Origin: Histomonas meleagridis 2922-C6/04-290x
Lineage: Eukaryota; Protista; Parabasalia
Length of the DNA stretch: 64,000 nt
Assembly: GCA_020184695.1 (NCBI GenBank)
Contig: JAANOX010000045.1
Coordinates: forward strand, 72,684-136,683
Reading direction: 5' to 3'
Shown here: positions 48,303-60,800 of the stretch, in pieces
Position numbering within the stretch: position 1 is the first letter of the stretch
How the letters are laid out: every line of letters begins with the position of its first letter
The notes under the pieces: model-generated
What the model was told of the DNA's origin: nothing
Seen by the model: only the letters and a program-made list of their open reading frames with translations
The model's database searches: none
Position numbers and translations under genes: made by a program

Positions 48303-49601
48303 TAGGGTGTTCCACCCCAACCGTAGTATCTCTTTATATAGTATAGATACAACAATATTTTTAATATTAATCAGAACACTAAATTTGATGGGTTTTATTT
48401 TTTATTTAAAAATAATTTTTGTCAAGTCTATCATTAACTAATAATCGATTTTTCTTTAATTGAATGCAAAAAAATGACGTTTAAAATTTTCCCCCATACT
48501 AATGGAGCTTGATCAAAAATCAATCACAATATATCTCGCGATGAAGGGAATGTCAGCAAAAGCGATTCATACCGAAATGGAGATCATATTGGGAGAAGAA
48601 TGTATTTCATATTCAACATTATGTAAATACCTCAGACAAAGAAGTTTTGATCAAACAATGTCACCTTACATTAGTGAACCGATTACCCCTATTATCGAAA
48701 ATGTTGATTTAAAAATTATGGAAATTTTAGATAAATTTCCATATGCTTCAATAAGACAAATAGCTAAGTTAACAGAGATTCCAAACACTATTGTATATAG
48801 GCATCTTGCTGAAAAGCTTGGCTATGAAAATAAACTTTTAAAGTTGGTTCCACATATACTGACGGAAGATATTAAAAAACAAAGAGTCACTAAATCAATC
48901 AAAATTTTAAAGACATTGAAGATTGCAAGACATAACAGTTATAAATATTTTATAACAGGTGACGAGTCCTGGTTTTATTATGATTATTATTATGTTCGAC
49001 AATGGATACCACGAGGAACACCACGAGGTACAATAAGCAAAAGGACAATTACGCAAAAAAAAAGTAATGTTGACGGTTTTTCGGAATCCCCACGAATTTA
49101 AAGTTATTGACTTTCTTTCAAAGGGTGAAACATTTAATTCACAATATTATGTATAATATATTTTATCGAAACTTTCCAAAAAGAATGGTACAAATCCTAA
49201 AAATGACACAAGAAAAATTACTGTACATGCCGATAATGCAAAACCGCATACGTCGAGATATACAATCTTATATATGGACTCCAACAAGCTCAAAAGGGCA
49301 CCTCATCCCCCCTACTCCCCAGATATAGCTCCTTCAGACTTTTTCCTTTATGGATATGTAAAAGGAAAAATGGAAGGATTTCAATATGAAAGTAGAGAAG
49401 AGGTTGAAGAAAAAGTGATTTCAATATTATTAAATATACCGAAAGAAACTTTGCAAAGCGTTTTTGACGAATGGGAAATAAAACTTAAAAAAGTTATCGT
49501 AACGAATGGAGAGTTTATTTAATAAACATTTCATTATTATGAATAAATTTTAAAGAACTTCAAAAATGAGTGAGATACTACGGTTGGGGTGGAACATTCT
49601 A
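48303..49601 (+). mobile_element. Full-length mariner-type element (1299 bp) with ~30-bp TIRs, TA flanks and a frameshifted transposase (48502-49522)
   Basis: TAGGGTGTTCCACCCCAACCGTAGTATCTC and GAGATACTACGGTTGGGGTGGAACATTCTA (2 mismatches). Motifs ITGDESW, HADNAKPH and HPPYSPDIAPSDF; +1 in the A9 run at 49055-49063 plus further lesions. Confidence 0.93.
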
Positions 49602-49949
49602 TAATCATAATAATATATTCATTTTTTGTGGAAGAATCGATGAGAATCAATGATAACATTATTAATGGAGCAGCAATTGTTGGTAATATTTTTTTAGTTT
49701 CGAGTTTTCTTAAAAGCTCACTCTAAACGGTCGCCACAATAATAAAAACTGATTTATCTCATGATAGAATGAATCACTGATATATAAAACATGTTGAATT
49801 GCTTATGCAATTACATAGAAATAATATTTTCAAATCATTTTTTTTTGAAACATAATAGGTCTTTTGAACATGATTGAATGATTAAAATTCGAAAGTACTA
49901 TTTATTCAGGAAACCAAACCAAACTTGTTTGCACCTATTTTCGTGATAA

Positions 49950-50900
49950 ATTGTATCACATCTGCTTTTGCTATTCTTTGGTTATAACATTCCTCATATA
50001 CATCCTATAAGGAGAACTTTGAGCATTAATTTTTAATCCTGTTTTTTTAAATGCTAAACGGTTATTTCTCGATATTGTAGCCGTATCTAAAGCAATAATT
50101 ATGTCATCAATTGTCTTTGTTTGTGTATTTCCATCTCTTCCATTAATAATCCCTATTAATCTCATTTCAAAAACACCAGAAGTCACTAAATCATAAGGCT
50201 TAAAAAGATAAGATAAATGCGGATATAATGTAATTAATAAAATATCTTTTTGAGTGATTTCATTTAATAGATCCTCATCAATATGTTGTGAACATAATTT
50301 ATCGATGTCTGGAAATATCACTAATCTAACATATCCCCCAAATATTTCTTCATTAACAAAAGCTGATTCCTGATACCTGTAAATGAGATCCTTGTTTTCA
50401 CGGATACCATCTTTTATTTATTCCTTATCAAGGGTCTTTTTCAATTATGAGAGGTACTATAGTATCACCAGCCATCGGAATTGAAGAAATAACAGTCATT
50501 TTTTCTCGCTTATCTTTACATAATAAAATACTTTCTGATTATAAATGTTTTGAAAAACAGCGACTCTTTTATTTTTTCTGTCTGCCCAACTTTGACAACC
50601 AACTTCATCTATATTAAACACCAGTTCAACTGGAACTCCCTTAACATATTTGTTTAGATTTTTAATATGTTTTTGAACATAATCAAAAGGTAATCCAAGT
50701 CTTGAACTATTTTATGGGATAGCTATATCAATTCGAATTTTATCATCATTACGTTTAATGGATTTGTTATGCCAATCAATCGAAACATCGACACAGAATT
50801 GATCCATATTATATTGTCTTAAAAATCCGACTATTATCTAATGAATAAAGAGTAATTAATTCCTTATGAGTTCACTCATTATCATCGGCCTTCCATTTGG
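49950..50900 (-). mobile_element. Decayed pogo-like transposase
   Basis: ELVFNIDEVGCQSWADRK (D1) and PHLSYLFKPYDLVTSGVF (QPLD-like), similar in layout to 23732-24600. Confidence 0.75.
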
Positions 50901-50959
50901 TTTAGGTGGAGATTTTAGATGTTTGGTCAATTTTGATTGATTGCATTCACAAATTTTTG

Positions 50960-51750
50960 CGACCTTTTGCATCGAAAGATGACGAACGAGAATGGCAGTG
51001 CAAAAATGAAAAAAAAAAAGATTGCCGATAAGTTTAACACTAATATTGATTTAAAATCAGTTGTATTATCAAAAGAAAAGTTAGGGTTCAATAATAGACC
51101 TTTTATGAAAATTCTAAAGATATCTGAAGAACGAAAAAATCTTCGCTATCAATTCCCAAATTATGCAAAAGAAGAACTTAATGAAAAGTTATAGTGTTTC
51201 CAGATGAACCCCGTTTTGGGATTATGCTCAACAATCGATATGTGTATATAAAAAATGAAAATTGAATAAAACAGCTTTGCTAGAAAACACAATATAAATA
51301 GATTCAATTATGTACTGGAGAGCTACTAATCCTGGCTATGAGAGCGAATTGATTATTTCATCAAATAGTTGGATACTCGCGAATATATTTCTGTTCTTGA
51401 AATAACCTAGTTATTGTAATCAAGACATGTGATATGAAATAATGAATATGCGGTCGGTTATTTATGCAAGATGGAGCCGAATGCCACAATTTTAAAATTA
51501 CAATGAATTATCTCCGTAACAAGGCTCAGCTTGTTCTGGGTGGCTCCAAAATTCATGTGATATGAACCCAATCCAAATGATTTGGTCAATTATGAAAAAA
51601 AAAATTAACAAGAAAAATAATATGAAAACACTTAAAATCAAAACAAAAGAAAGTAATTATCGCAATTTTGAACATTCGGAATAATCTTTAACAACCTATG
51701 ATTGACAATCTTGTACAAGATTCTCGAGAATATAGGATTTAGTGCTTAAG
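50960..51750 (+). mobile_element. Heavily decayed Tc1-like transposase
   Basis: KEKLGF..RP, VFPDEPRFG (D1), FMQDGA (D2) and a DMNPIQMIWSIMKK-like terminal motif. Confidence 0.7.
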
Positions 51751-52022
51751 GTGAACGAATGTTTATTCGAACATTCTAACATTCATTATATATGGTAAGA
51801 TCATACTTTGGGTTACTTTTCGAAAAAATCACTTGTTGGATGAGCCATTCACAAAAATAAATCATTTTTATAAATTGAAGATAGAAGCAGTTGCTGTCCC
51901 AAAACTAAGTCGTTGCCTTACCATTCTCGGATTTGAAAATGGAATTAAAGTTCATAGAGAATGTTTTAGTATTGATTTTATAGGTGCAAATTCATTAATG
52001 CATCTAATTAATATTATCAAAA

Positions 52023-52900
52023 ATGTTATTCCGACAATTGGTGTTCGCCACCTATGCGAAGTTTCAAATTCCAACAAGGAGATATTATAATGTAATTAAA
52101 GAACATATCAGTAATACGGAAAAACCTACATCTCTACCAGCAAATCTATTACTCACTATAGAAGAAGAAGAAATAATAATCAATAATATACGTAAAGCAC
52201 AAATTAATAATGATTGCCTTACAGGAAAAGAAGTCCCAGAATTAGCCTCACAACTATATCAAAAAAAAACAAAAGAAGTACGTGAATTTAATAAAAATTG
52301 GTGCTGGAAATTTATGAAAAGGCATTAAGATAAAATTACAAAAGTGAGTCCGTTTTCAATTAAAGATAATCGTCCTCAAATCAATCAAAATGTAGTTGAG
52401 AGATACATCCAAGATATAGAAGGACTTATTGCTAATCCACCAATTTCTCAACTTTTGATTAATATCAATGTAACTGGCTTCAATAGAAGACCAGAAAAAG
52501 GCAAACGAAAAAATGTTATTGTATGTATAGATTGTTACGCATATGCATATTAAAGAGTAGATATTGATTTACATCATATTTCTCTGATCACAGCGATTAC
52601 AGTTTTTTGTCCATCTCTGAGACTATTATGTCTTTCAACAAGATAGACTCTTGATGAAGATATTCATAATACATTTATTTTCAGATGAGGTTCTTATTGT
52701 CTTACAAGAAAATATTTTATGACAGAACAATGGTATATTTAGTTTGAAATATTTTTGCGTCATATGTTCGAATGATACGAGAAAATTCGTACGGGCCAAA
52801 ATATTGTGTGATTATAATGTAATGGTTGTTCACCCTATTTCTGGTGAAGAATCATAAACGTTTATGATTCAATTGAAAAAAAATCGTCGTTGCTATAACG
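52023..52900 (+). mobile_element. Decayed pogo-like transposase
   Basis: LLTIEEEEII..FNKNWCWKFMKRH (CENP-B-like HTH) and LININVTGF (degenerate FNxDETG). Confidence 0.7.
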
Positions 52901-52918
52901 CATTTTCACACCAAAGAG

Positions 52919-53446
52919 ACGGTACTAAAGTACAACTCAAAAGGGTTGGGACAAGCATTTTCAATTCTATCAGGCAAGTTTTCAATTTTGTCCCAACCGG
53001 GTGAAAGTAGATTGAATACTTCTATACATGTTAAGTGAAAAATGATTAAAAAAATATTTATTTTTCTTATTTATTCATTTCTCATTGAGCTCAAAGCAGC
53101 CTAGTTGGGCGTAATTATGTACGGTTTGGGCATAAGTGCTTTTTTAAGCTTGGACTTTGTAATATATTCATGGCCACAAAGTGGTATCTAAATCACCCTA
53201 TATGAAGCTGATTCTCCATACCTCATTATTGAGTAAAATTCGAGAAACTGAAGATTTCGATATATTTTGTTAATAACCAATTCCGCGAACTGTTAAACCT
53301 TGTCCTGCATTATATGTCACTCTTATTTTTGTTGATTGAGTAATTGATAACATAATAAAAATCGAAATTTTGATTAAATGATTTACTATACAATATAAAT
53401 CCTTCAACGTCTGTACCAACCCTTTCGGGTTGGACTTTATACAGCG
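52919..53446 (-). mobile_element. Internally deleted TIR element (~530 bp) retaining an HTH fragment
   Basis: About 40-bp imperfect inverted ends (gtactaaagtacaactcaaaagggttgggac and gtaccaaccctttcgggttggactttatacagcg followed by TA). The interior translates on the minus strand to GLTVRGIG..ISKSSVSRIL..YKVQ. Confidence 0.65.
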
Positions 53447-53559
53447 TAACCATTAGCCAAAAAGTCGGAACAACTTTTTAGACACCCCAAAAAATTAACG
53501 TTCTCATGTAAAATAAAAAGCTCGTAATTAGTGTACATAAAAATGGTTCGTGTTCCTAT

Positions 53560-54480
53560 CGTTTCCTAATAATTTATCAGGAGTACAAAGATATTTTGTA
53601 ACCATTGCTTCAAAACAATGCCAATGTTTGAACTCTGTTATAAAACTCAATCGTAATTATATCAAGCAAACTTAATGCCTATTCATTTCCAATATAATCA
53701 GAATATAAAGTTTGGTGATGTTTGATTGCATCTTTTATATACTGAACAAAATGACATTATCATGCTTCCCTTCTTTCACCTAATAAAACTAATGATTTTA
53801 AAAAAAATAAGAATAAATCATGCTGATCAACATCAAATGAATCAGGTACACTATTAATGGTAAGGCCATGAAGAACACCGACTTCAATATCATTTTCAAT
53901 CGAAATAATGAATTTTAGTGAATCGTACAGATAAATCCATCTCGTTTTAACCAAACGAGGACATTTTTGACCAATCCATCATGATACTTTTGTAGCTCGT
54001 GATTGCGTTGTATATCTAAAATTATGTTTCTTAAATCTTCAGATTGACCAATAGCTGTAGATAACGAAATTAATTAAATGACAAAAACACGGTATTATAA
54101 TTATTGATGAAATTAATTGATTTGCTGGATTATCGATTCTGTTTTCTGTTATATTTATTATTCTTTGATCATTTTGCTCCTCGGAAAATATGATATCATA
54201 TTTATGTGAACCCTTAAGGTGCTCTCTCCATTTGTTTTTTCGCTTGCATACACTGAATCGACGAACTTCACCATTTAATTATCTAACGAAAGCTGGACAT
54301 CTCCAGTTAGCTGTTTTATATATGTAACATATTTCCCAATATGCAGGTGGGTTATCATCATAATTGCGGGATATGGTGGTTGCAATTATAAAATGAATTA
54401 AAATGTCCCTGTGTGCAGTTTTCTAGCGCATTGTTTTTGAAAGAATTTTGTTTTATAACGATGACTTTTTGATAATAAAT
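53560..54480 (-). mobile_element. Possible MULE/Mutator-like transposase remnant
   Basis: Broken frames give a WRC..C..H zinc-finger-like segment, IMMD and a late HWHCF segment in MULE-like order; highly degraded. Confidence 0.3.
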
Positions 54481-55209
54481 TTGACTACTACACCTGTTAT
54501 AATGATGTGATTAAAATATATTATATATTTGCCTGCAAATGATGTTTTGAAATCTTAATATTGTATCTAAATGAGATATATGTAAAAATTAGATTATAAT
54601 GATTATCATCTATTGACATTTTCTAATTGTATTCAAATGATTTTTGACGAAAAATATAAATCATTCAAATACAAATTGAATGGGAATATCTTCACTGAAT
54701 TTTAATCCATCCAATTTTTTCAATATTACACAAAAAGTCGTGAATAATTGTGAGGCTTTCCACTTTTTGAATGAAAATTGAAAAGATTAACACTACTACA
54801 ACAAAATTTTCTTCTAATCGTCGTAAAATACATACAAAATTTTCCAATAATTTTAATGGATATAGGCCCCCTCTTGTAGGAGGAATCCAAGTAAACGGTT
54901 TCTATGATTATGTATCGTATGTGAAAAAAATAACATTATTAGTAATTAAAATTGACTATGTTTGCTCGATTATAATTTCCATTATAAAGCATTTTTATTA
55001 GAAAGATTTACAAGAATTGCATAAATCTCCTCTAAATTGATCATGAAATGCATTTATTTTGCTTCTTTTATTTTTTCTTTTTTTTTGCTCCCATGTACAC
55101 TGTCGGCAAAAGTGCGGGTACACGAAATCCGAGCTATAAAAAAAAATCGATTATATCTAATCGATCTCTTTTCTTAGCAAAAAAAAAGTGGTCACAATTT
55201 TTCGGCCAA

Positions 55210-55470
55210 TGGTTGGCCACTACAGCACTTATGTATGCATCTTGGATGGTCATATAGAAATAGTTAAATTACTTATCAAACAAAAAGGAATTTATTTTGA
55301 TGCTAAAGATATTTATTTGTTTTATTTTATGTTTGTTTTAATAATTCGATATTTCAAAATAATATTTGGAAATGATTTGGATTATTTAAAACAGCATTTA
55401 TTTATGCATCTTCAAAAGGTCATACAGAAATCGTAAATTACTTTCTGAACAAAAAGGAATTGATATTAAT
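55210..55470 (+). pseudogene. Two broken ankyrin repeats separated by a ~90-bp AT-rich spacer
   Basis: TALMYASW|GHIEIVKLLIKQKGIYFDAKD and TAFIYASSKGHTEIV|LLSEQKGIDIN, each with a frameshift. Confidence 0.75.
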
Positions 55471-56050
55471 ATAATATTCTTTAATACTGATATGTACTAG
55501 TGGCTCATATACATTATGGATCTATAAAACAGAATGTTTTTATTGATCAAAATTCCATCAACATGAAAAAGTTATTAATTGAGTGTATTTTTCTCCAATA
55601 GGTGAAAAAATTGAAATGGGATACGTTTTTTATTCAAATCCAGCATTTCCAAGCCACTAACCACATCTCATGAGGTGTTTTCATTTGATAACGAAAAAAA
55701 TTACAGACACATGTGATTATAATCTCGTTAAATACGACTCAATAAGTTATTATTCAAAAAATGCAAATTTTGAAATATGCATGAAACCAAAAAATATTTT
55801 CTCTTATCATTCAAATTTCTTATCTCGAGGAAATTATGTCTATCTTGATTGTTTTCATAATTCGTACATTTCTTTCAAATACTTATTTCCTTTTGTAAAC
55901 TTTCTTATTCTTTATGGAATTCCAAATTTTTATTCTTTAAAATGCCTGACTGCTTTTATTTTTTCTATATTTTTATTTTGTATCAAGAAAGATTATTCTG
56001 TTAAAAAATGTAATTTAAATAATATGAAAATAAAAGAAAAAGCAAGGGTG

Positions 56051-57731
56051 ATGTTATGTTTTATAATATTTATTTCTCTATTTTCTTATTCACAACAAAG
56101 TTTTGATGAAGAAAAAAGAACTTTAACTATATCAAATTCATCCGAATTTTCGGATAATTATAAGGCCAATGCAAGTCATGTTATTATTGCAAATGGAATA
56201 ACAGTTATTCCAGAAAAATCTTTTTATAGATGGGAATCATTAATTACTGCTGTGATTGCTGATTCAGTTACTTCTATTGGAATGAATGCTTTTTATTTGT
56301 GCCGTAAATTAAAAAAAGTTTCATTTGGAAAAGGTATTACTGATATTGGTGGGTATGCATTTAGTGCATGCATTTTATTGAAAAATGTTACACTAACAAG
56401 TAATATTAAAACAGTTGGATATAATGTTTTTTTTTGAATGTAGTGGCCTTGAAATAGCAATTCTCAATGAAGGCGTGGAAATGATTGGCTCTAACATGTT
56501 TAAAAGTTGTTATAATCTTAAATACGTAACAATTCCAAGCACTGTAAACACAATTACAGAAAGTGCATTTACAAAATGCATAAGCCTTCAGTTCATTAAA
56601 GTTTCTAAAGATAATTTAAATTATTCTAATTATGAAAATGATGGTGTACTATATAATAAAGAAATTACAACACTTATTAGTTTTCTCCCAGGGAATATTT
56701 CCAATTATTATAAAATTCCTGATACAGTAACCAAAATAGAAAATAATGGATTTAACTCTTGTGATAATTTATCATCAATATCCCTTAGTTCTTCTCTACA
56801 AACGATAGGTCAAAGTGCATTTGAATCATGTATATTTACAAGTCTAGTAATTCCAGATACAGTAACATATATCGGACCTTCTGCTTTTTGTTATTGTGGG
56901 AAACTAAAATGGCTTACTATTGGAAAAAATGTGAACACAATTTTAAATAGTGCATTTTCATTTTGTGAATCACTTAAATGTATTATTTTTAATGGTGAAC
57001 TTTCACCAGATTTTGGATCATATTGTTTTAATCTGGTTAATAATATAACAACTGTTTTTGTTCCTGCTACATATCAAAATGAAACATTTGGTGACTTTAA
57101 TGTAACAAAGGGAACAATAACTGATGAATGTCTCCCTCCAACACAAACATTTACAAAATCAAATACATTTACGAAATCAAATTCATTCTCTAAATCAAAT
57201 ACATTTACTAAATCAAATTCATTTACTAAATCAAATTCATTTACATTATTATTATCTAACATTACATTATCACATACTTTTGTATTAACATATATTTTAT
57301 CATTTTCAAAATCAATGACACTGAGTGCTTCATATATAAATTCATATAGCATCGCTCATATTAATTCATCACTTACATATATACCAACTTTATTTATATT
57401 TTATGAATATACAGTTATTATTTATACTACATATTTCACTTATTATTCCAATTTTTATGTTGTTTTTAAAAATAATGAAATAATACCTGAAGATCAAACA
57501 TATATTTACATTATTATTGGTGTTTTGTTAGCTGTTATTATTGTTATCTCATTACTTATTGTTTTATTAATACATATTCGAAACAAGAAACAAAAAAGTG
57601 AAGAAGGGTCAAAAGAAATTAGTGAAAAAGAAGTAGAAACAAATAAATTTTCGATAAGCTTTTTACCAAAGAGTATGGAAGAAGATCCATTTGCAAAAGA
57701 TTTTAATGAAGATCATTTTGTTAACATATGA
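56051..57731 (+). pseudogene. BspA-like LRR surface protein with Ser/Thr stalk, TM and DPF-type tail; +1 frameshift in a T9 run
   Basis: Signal-like MLCFIIFISLFSYS at 56051, TpLRR units, T9 at 56427-56435 joining the two ORFs, TM YIYIIIGVLLAVIIVISLLIVLLI and tail EEDPFAKDFNEDHF. Confidence 0.85.
57147..57245 (+). repeat. 18-bp coding repeat (T/S)F(T/S)KSN, about 5 units
   Basis: TFTKSNTFTKSNSFSKSNTFTKSNSFTKSNSFT in the translation. Confidence 0.9.
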
Positions 57732-57818
57732 ACAAATAAAATCATGGGGAAAAAAGCTTTTTAATCGAAATTTCAATTAAACGATATAATTTTGGTATAA
57801 GTGATCTTTTTTTTTTTT

Positions 57819-60800
57819 AAAAAAATAAAAAAATGGTCCCGCAGGGATTGTTTATTCATCAAGACTTACAATGAGCTAAGTCTAATGTTCTTTAAGCTTG
57901 TGATAAGCAACTACAACTAGTGCTTAGATTGTTTTGTCCTTCCAAAAAAAACGAATCCAAGCAATATTCGCGTCATTGCTTGAGATAAACCTGTGAAAAA
58001 GCAATTGTCAGACGGTTTTCTTGAAAATGTACTTTTCAGTACATTTTCAAATTAAACTGCGGGATTTTGTTGGATTAATTCAGGGTTAATGTTTAGATTT
58101 TCGTTACTTACGATAATTTGGTTGTTTTCTTTGTGTTTATGATTTAACATATTCCAATATATTAAGGCTGAGCCTCTGATAGCATTATATGATAATGATC
58201 TTGCACATTTCTTTGTTTGCCTTAAATCATTGTTTAGTAGCGCTTTAATATTATTAAAAGTTTTCTTAGGTATAGCGCCAAGAGAACTAATAATAATTGG
58301 ATAAAACTTAATGTTTAATTGAGTTTTATCTCTAAGATCATCACATAAATTTTGGTATTTTTGAGTTTTGGTATTTATACAATAATCTAAAGAAGATATT
58401 GTTTCATCATTTAAACTCTTTAAATCACCATAAGGAACACTTACTTCGATTATAGTTAATTGATTTTTAATATTATCTACGAACCAAATATCCGGCATCA
58501 ATCTACTATTTTCAGGTTCTAGAGGACGCATATTTGGTAATTTAATCGTAGTGGATCTGTGAAATAATAGATTTTGATTAGTAATTTTATCAATTGAATT
58601 AATGACTTCTTCGACTATGTAATTGTGTCTAATTTTGTAAGAAGATTTCTATGGTAGGCAAGCGTTTAGACGATGTTTTAGATTATCATTACCATTATTA
58701 CATATTGTACATTTGGGCGTTTCCTTACCATGAGCTATAATTTCGCCAGTAGGTAAATTATTGCACCTAGCATTTATTGCAAATTTTACAATGTTATCAT
58801 TAGCCTTTGTCATTAACGGGTTTAAGAAGAATGAGCTACACGGGGATTTAATTAAAGTATTAAATGTATGTCCTTTAAGTGGCATCGAAGTTAAGTTTTT
58901 TGTCCACCTATTATTGAACATTTTATTTAATGATTTTAATAGAGATTTTCGAATTAGCAATATTATTATAATTTTCTTCTAATATCAAATCTCTTAACTT
59001 AAATGTATTTTCATCTTCTTCCTCTTTAATTTCAATTTTTAGTTTTTTAATTGCCTTAATAGCTTTTATACAAAGTGATTGAGTTCCTTGTTTCATATTA
59101 TTTAAGTTCCAGTTTAAAAATACAGAATCTTCATCATCTTCATTGATCTTCCTAAATTCTCTTTCACATTTAGTTGTTTTATTAAAAAAGTTTATAATGT
59201 TTTGATTAGACCAATAATTTAGTTCAAAGAAAGTTTTAATATTCAGGGCTCTTGCTCTTTCTATTAAATCTTGAATACCTAAACCACCATTTTTCCAATT
59301 AGTATGAAATATTGCAATTGGTGTAGCTATAGCTTGAAGATGTTGATTTAAGGTATTCCTGATTTCTTTGTTAATAAGTTCTAAATCTTTGATCCTACAA
59401 TTACTACAAGTTAATTCATAATCTAGGGCTGGGATGATAAATCTTTTAATAGCATCAATTTTTTGATTTAGTCTTAATTGGGACATGCCAATTAATTTTA
59501 TTTTATTTATAATGTCCTTGATTAAAGTATCTGAATGAAGCATTTTTGTTACATGAGATCTGGCTATTGGTGTACCTAAGTATTCTTTTAACGTTAATAA
59601 TTTAATTTTAGGGATCTCTTGGTTATTTAATTTAAAACTAGCGTTAGAAGAAACTCTTCTATTATTATCTAATAAATATGAATATAAACCACATTTTTTA
59701 ACATTAATTTTAAGTTTTTGCATAATTACAAAAAGTTGTCTCACGATTTCTAAAAATATTCTTCATACCATTCTCCGATTTACTGATCAATAGAATATCA
59801 TCTGCATAAGCTTGAATAACTATTCCATTAACTCCTTCATTTTTTTGTTTATAATTGACCATTCTCAATAGAGGGTCTATTGCTATATCAAATAGTAGAG
59901 GGGAGATTGGACAACCTTGTTTAACACCTTTTCTAAGGATGATTTTCTTTGATTTAAATTCCATTGTTTGGATAATATTCGAGGAATCAGTATAACAATT
60001 TTTAAGAATTTTAATAAAAGTTTTATCAAAACCTAAATGTTTTAAATTGTTGAATATTAATTTATGTGGAATTTCACCAAAAGCATTTGATAAATCAATA
60101 GAAGTTATGTAAATATCTTCTTTTGTTTTACTAACGTAATTAATTTGTTCTTGAACTGTAGCTGTATGTTGTAAGCACCCATTATAACCATTGATGAAGC
60201 CTTTTTGGTAATTGGAGATGATATTTAATTTCGAATTAAGTTGTTGTAGGGCAAAAGCAAATTGCATCATGATAATCCTATAACTGGTTGTAGTAATTGT
60301 AATTGGCCTCCAATTACTACAATTTTTAGGATCGTCATGTTTGTAAATTAGAACTACTTTGGAAGTTTCCCAATGAGTTGGAAAACATTTAGTATTTTTT
60401 TAATAGCTTTTTAGGATGACTTTAAAATGTTTTGAAGCCCATTTTGGGCATGCAGAAAATACTGGATTAGCTAAACCATCTAAAACATGAGCTCAGCTTA
60501 ACTTTCTTCTTTTAATAATTGATTTTATATGTTTTCTATTCATTACATTTAACCAAAATAGGTCTAAATCCTCTTCGTTAATCAGTTTCAAAGGGTTCCA
60601 GATAGATTCTGCATCCTCCTGGAAATCTGAAATTTTAGACCAAGTATCATTAAAATATTTTTCTGTATCTTTTTGTGAAATATTATAACAAGGAGAGAGA
60701 TTGGGGAATATGTTTCTTTCTAAACATTTTTTAGGGTCATCATTATAGAGTTCTTGTATCTTAATAATTTGTTTTTTTCTTCTGTCGTTTTTGTTTTGAT

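Noticed and set aside
55670-56050. N-terminal 127 codons of ORF 55670..56437
   Set aside because: Low-complexity, non-LRR text; a signal-peptide-like start at 56051 fits better.
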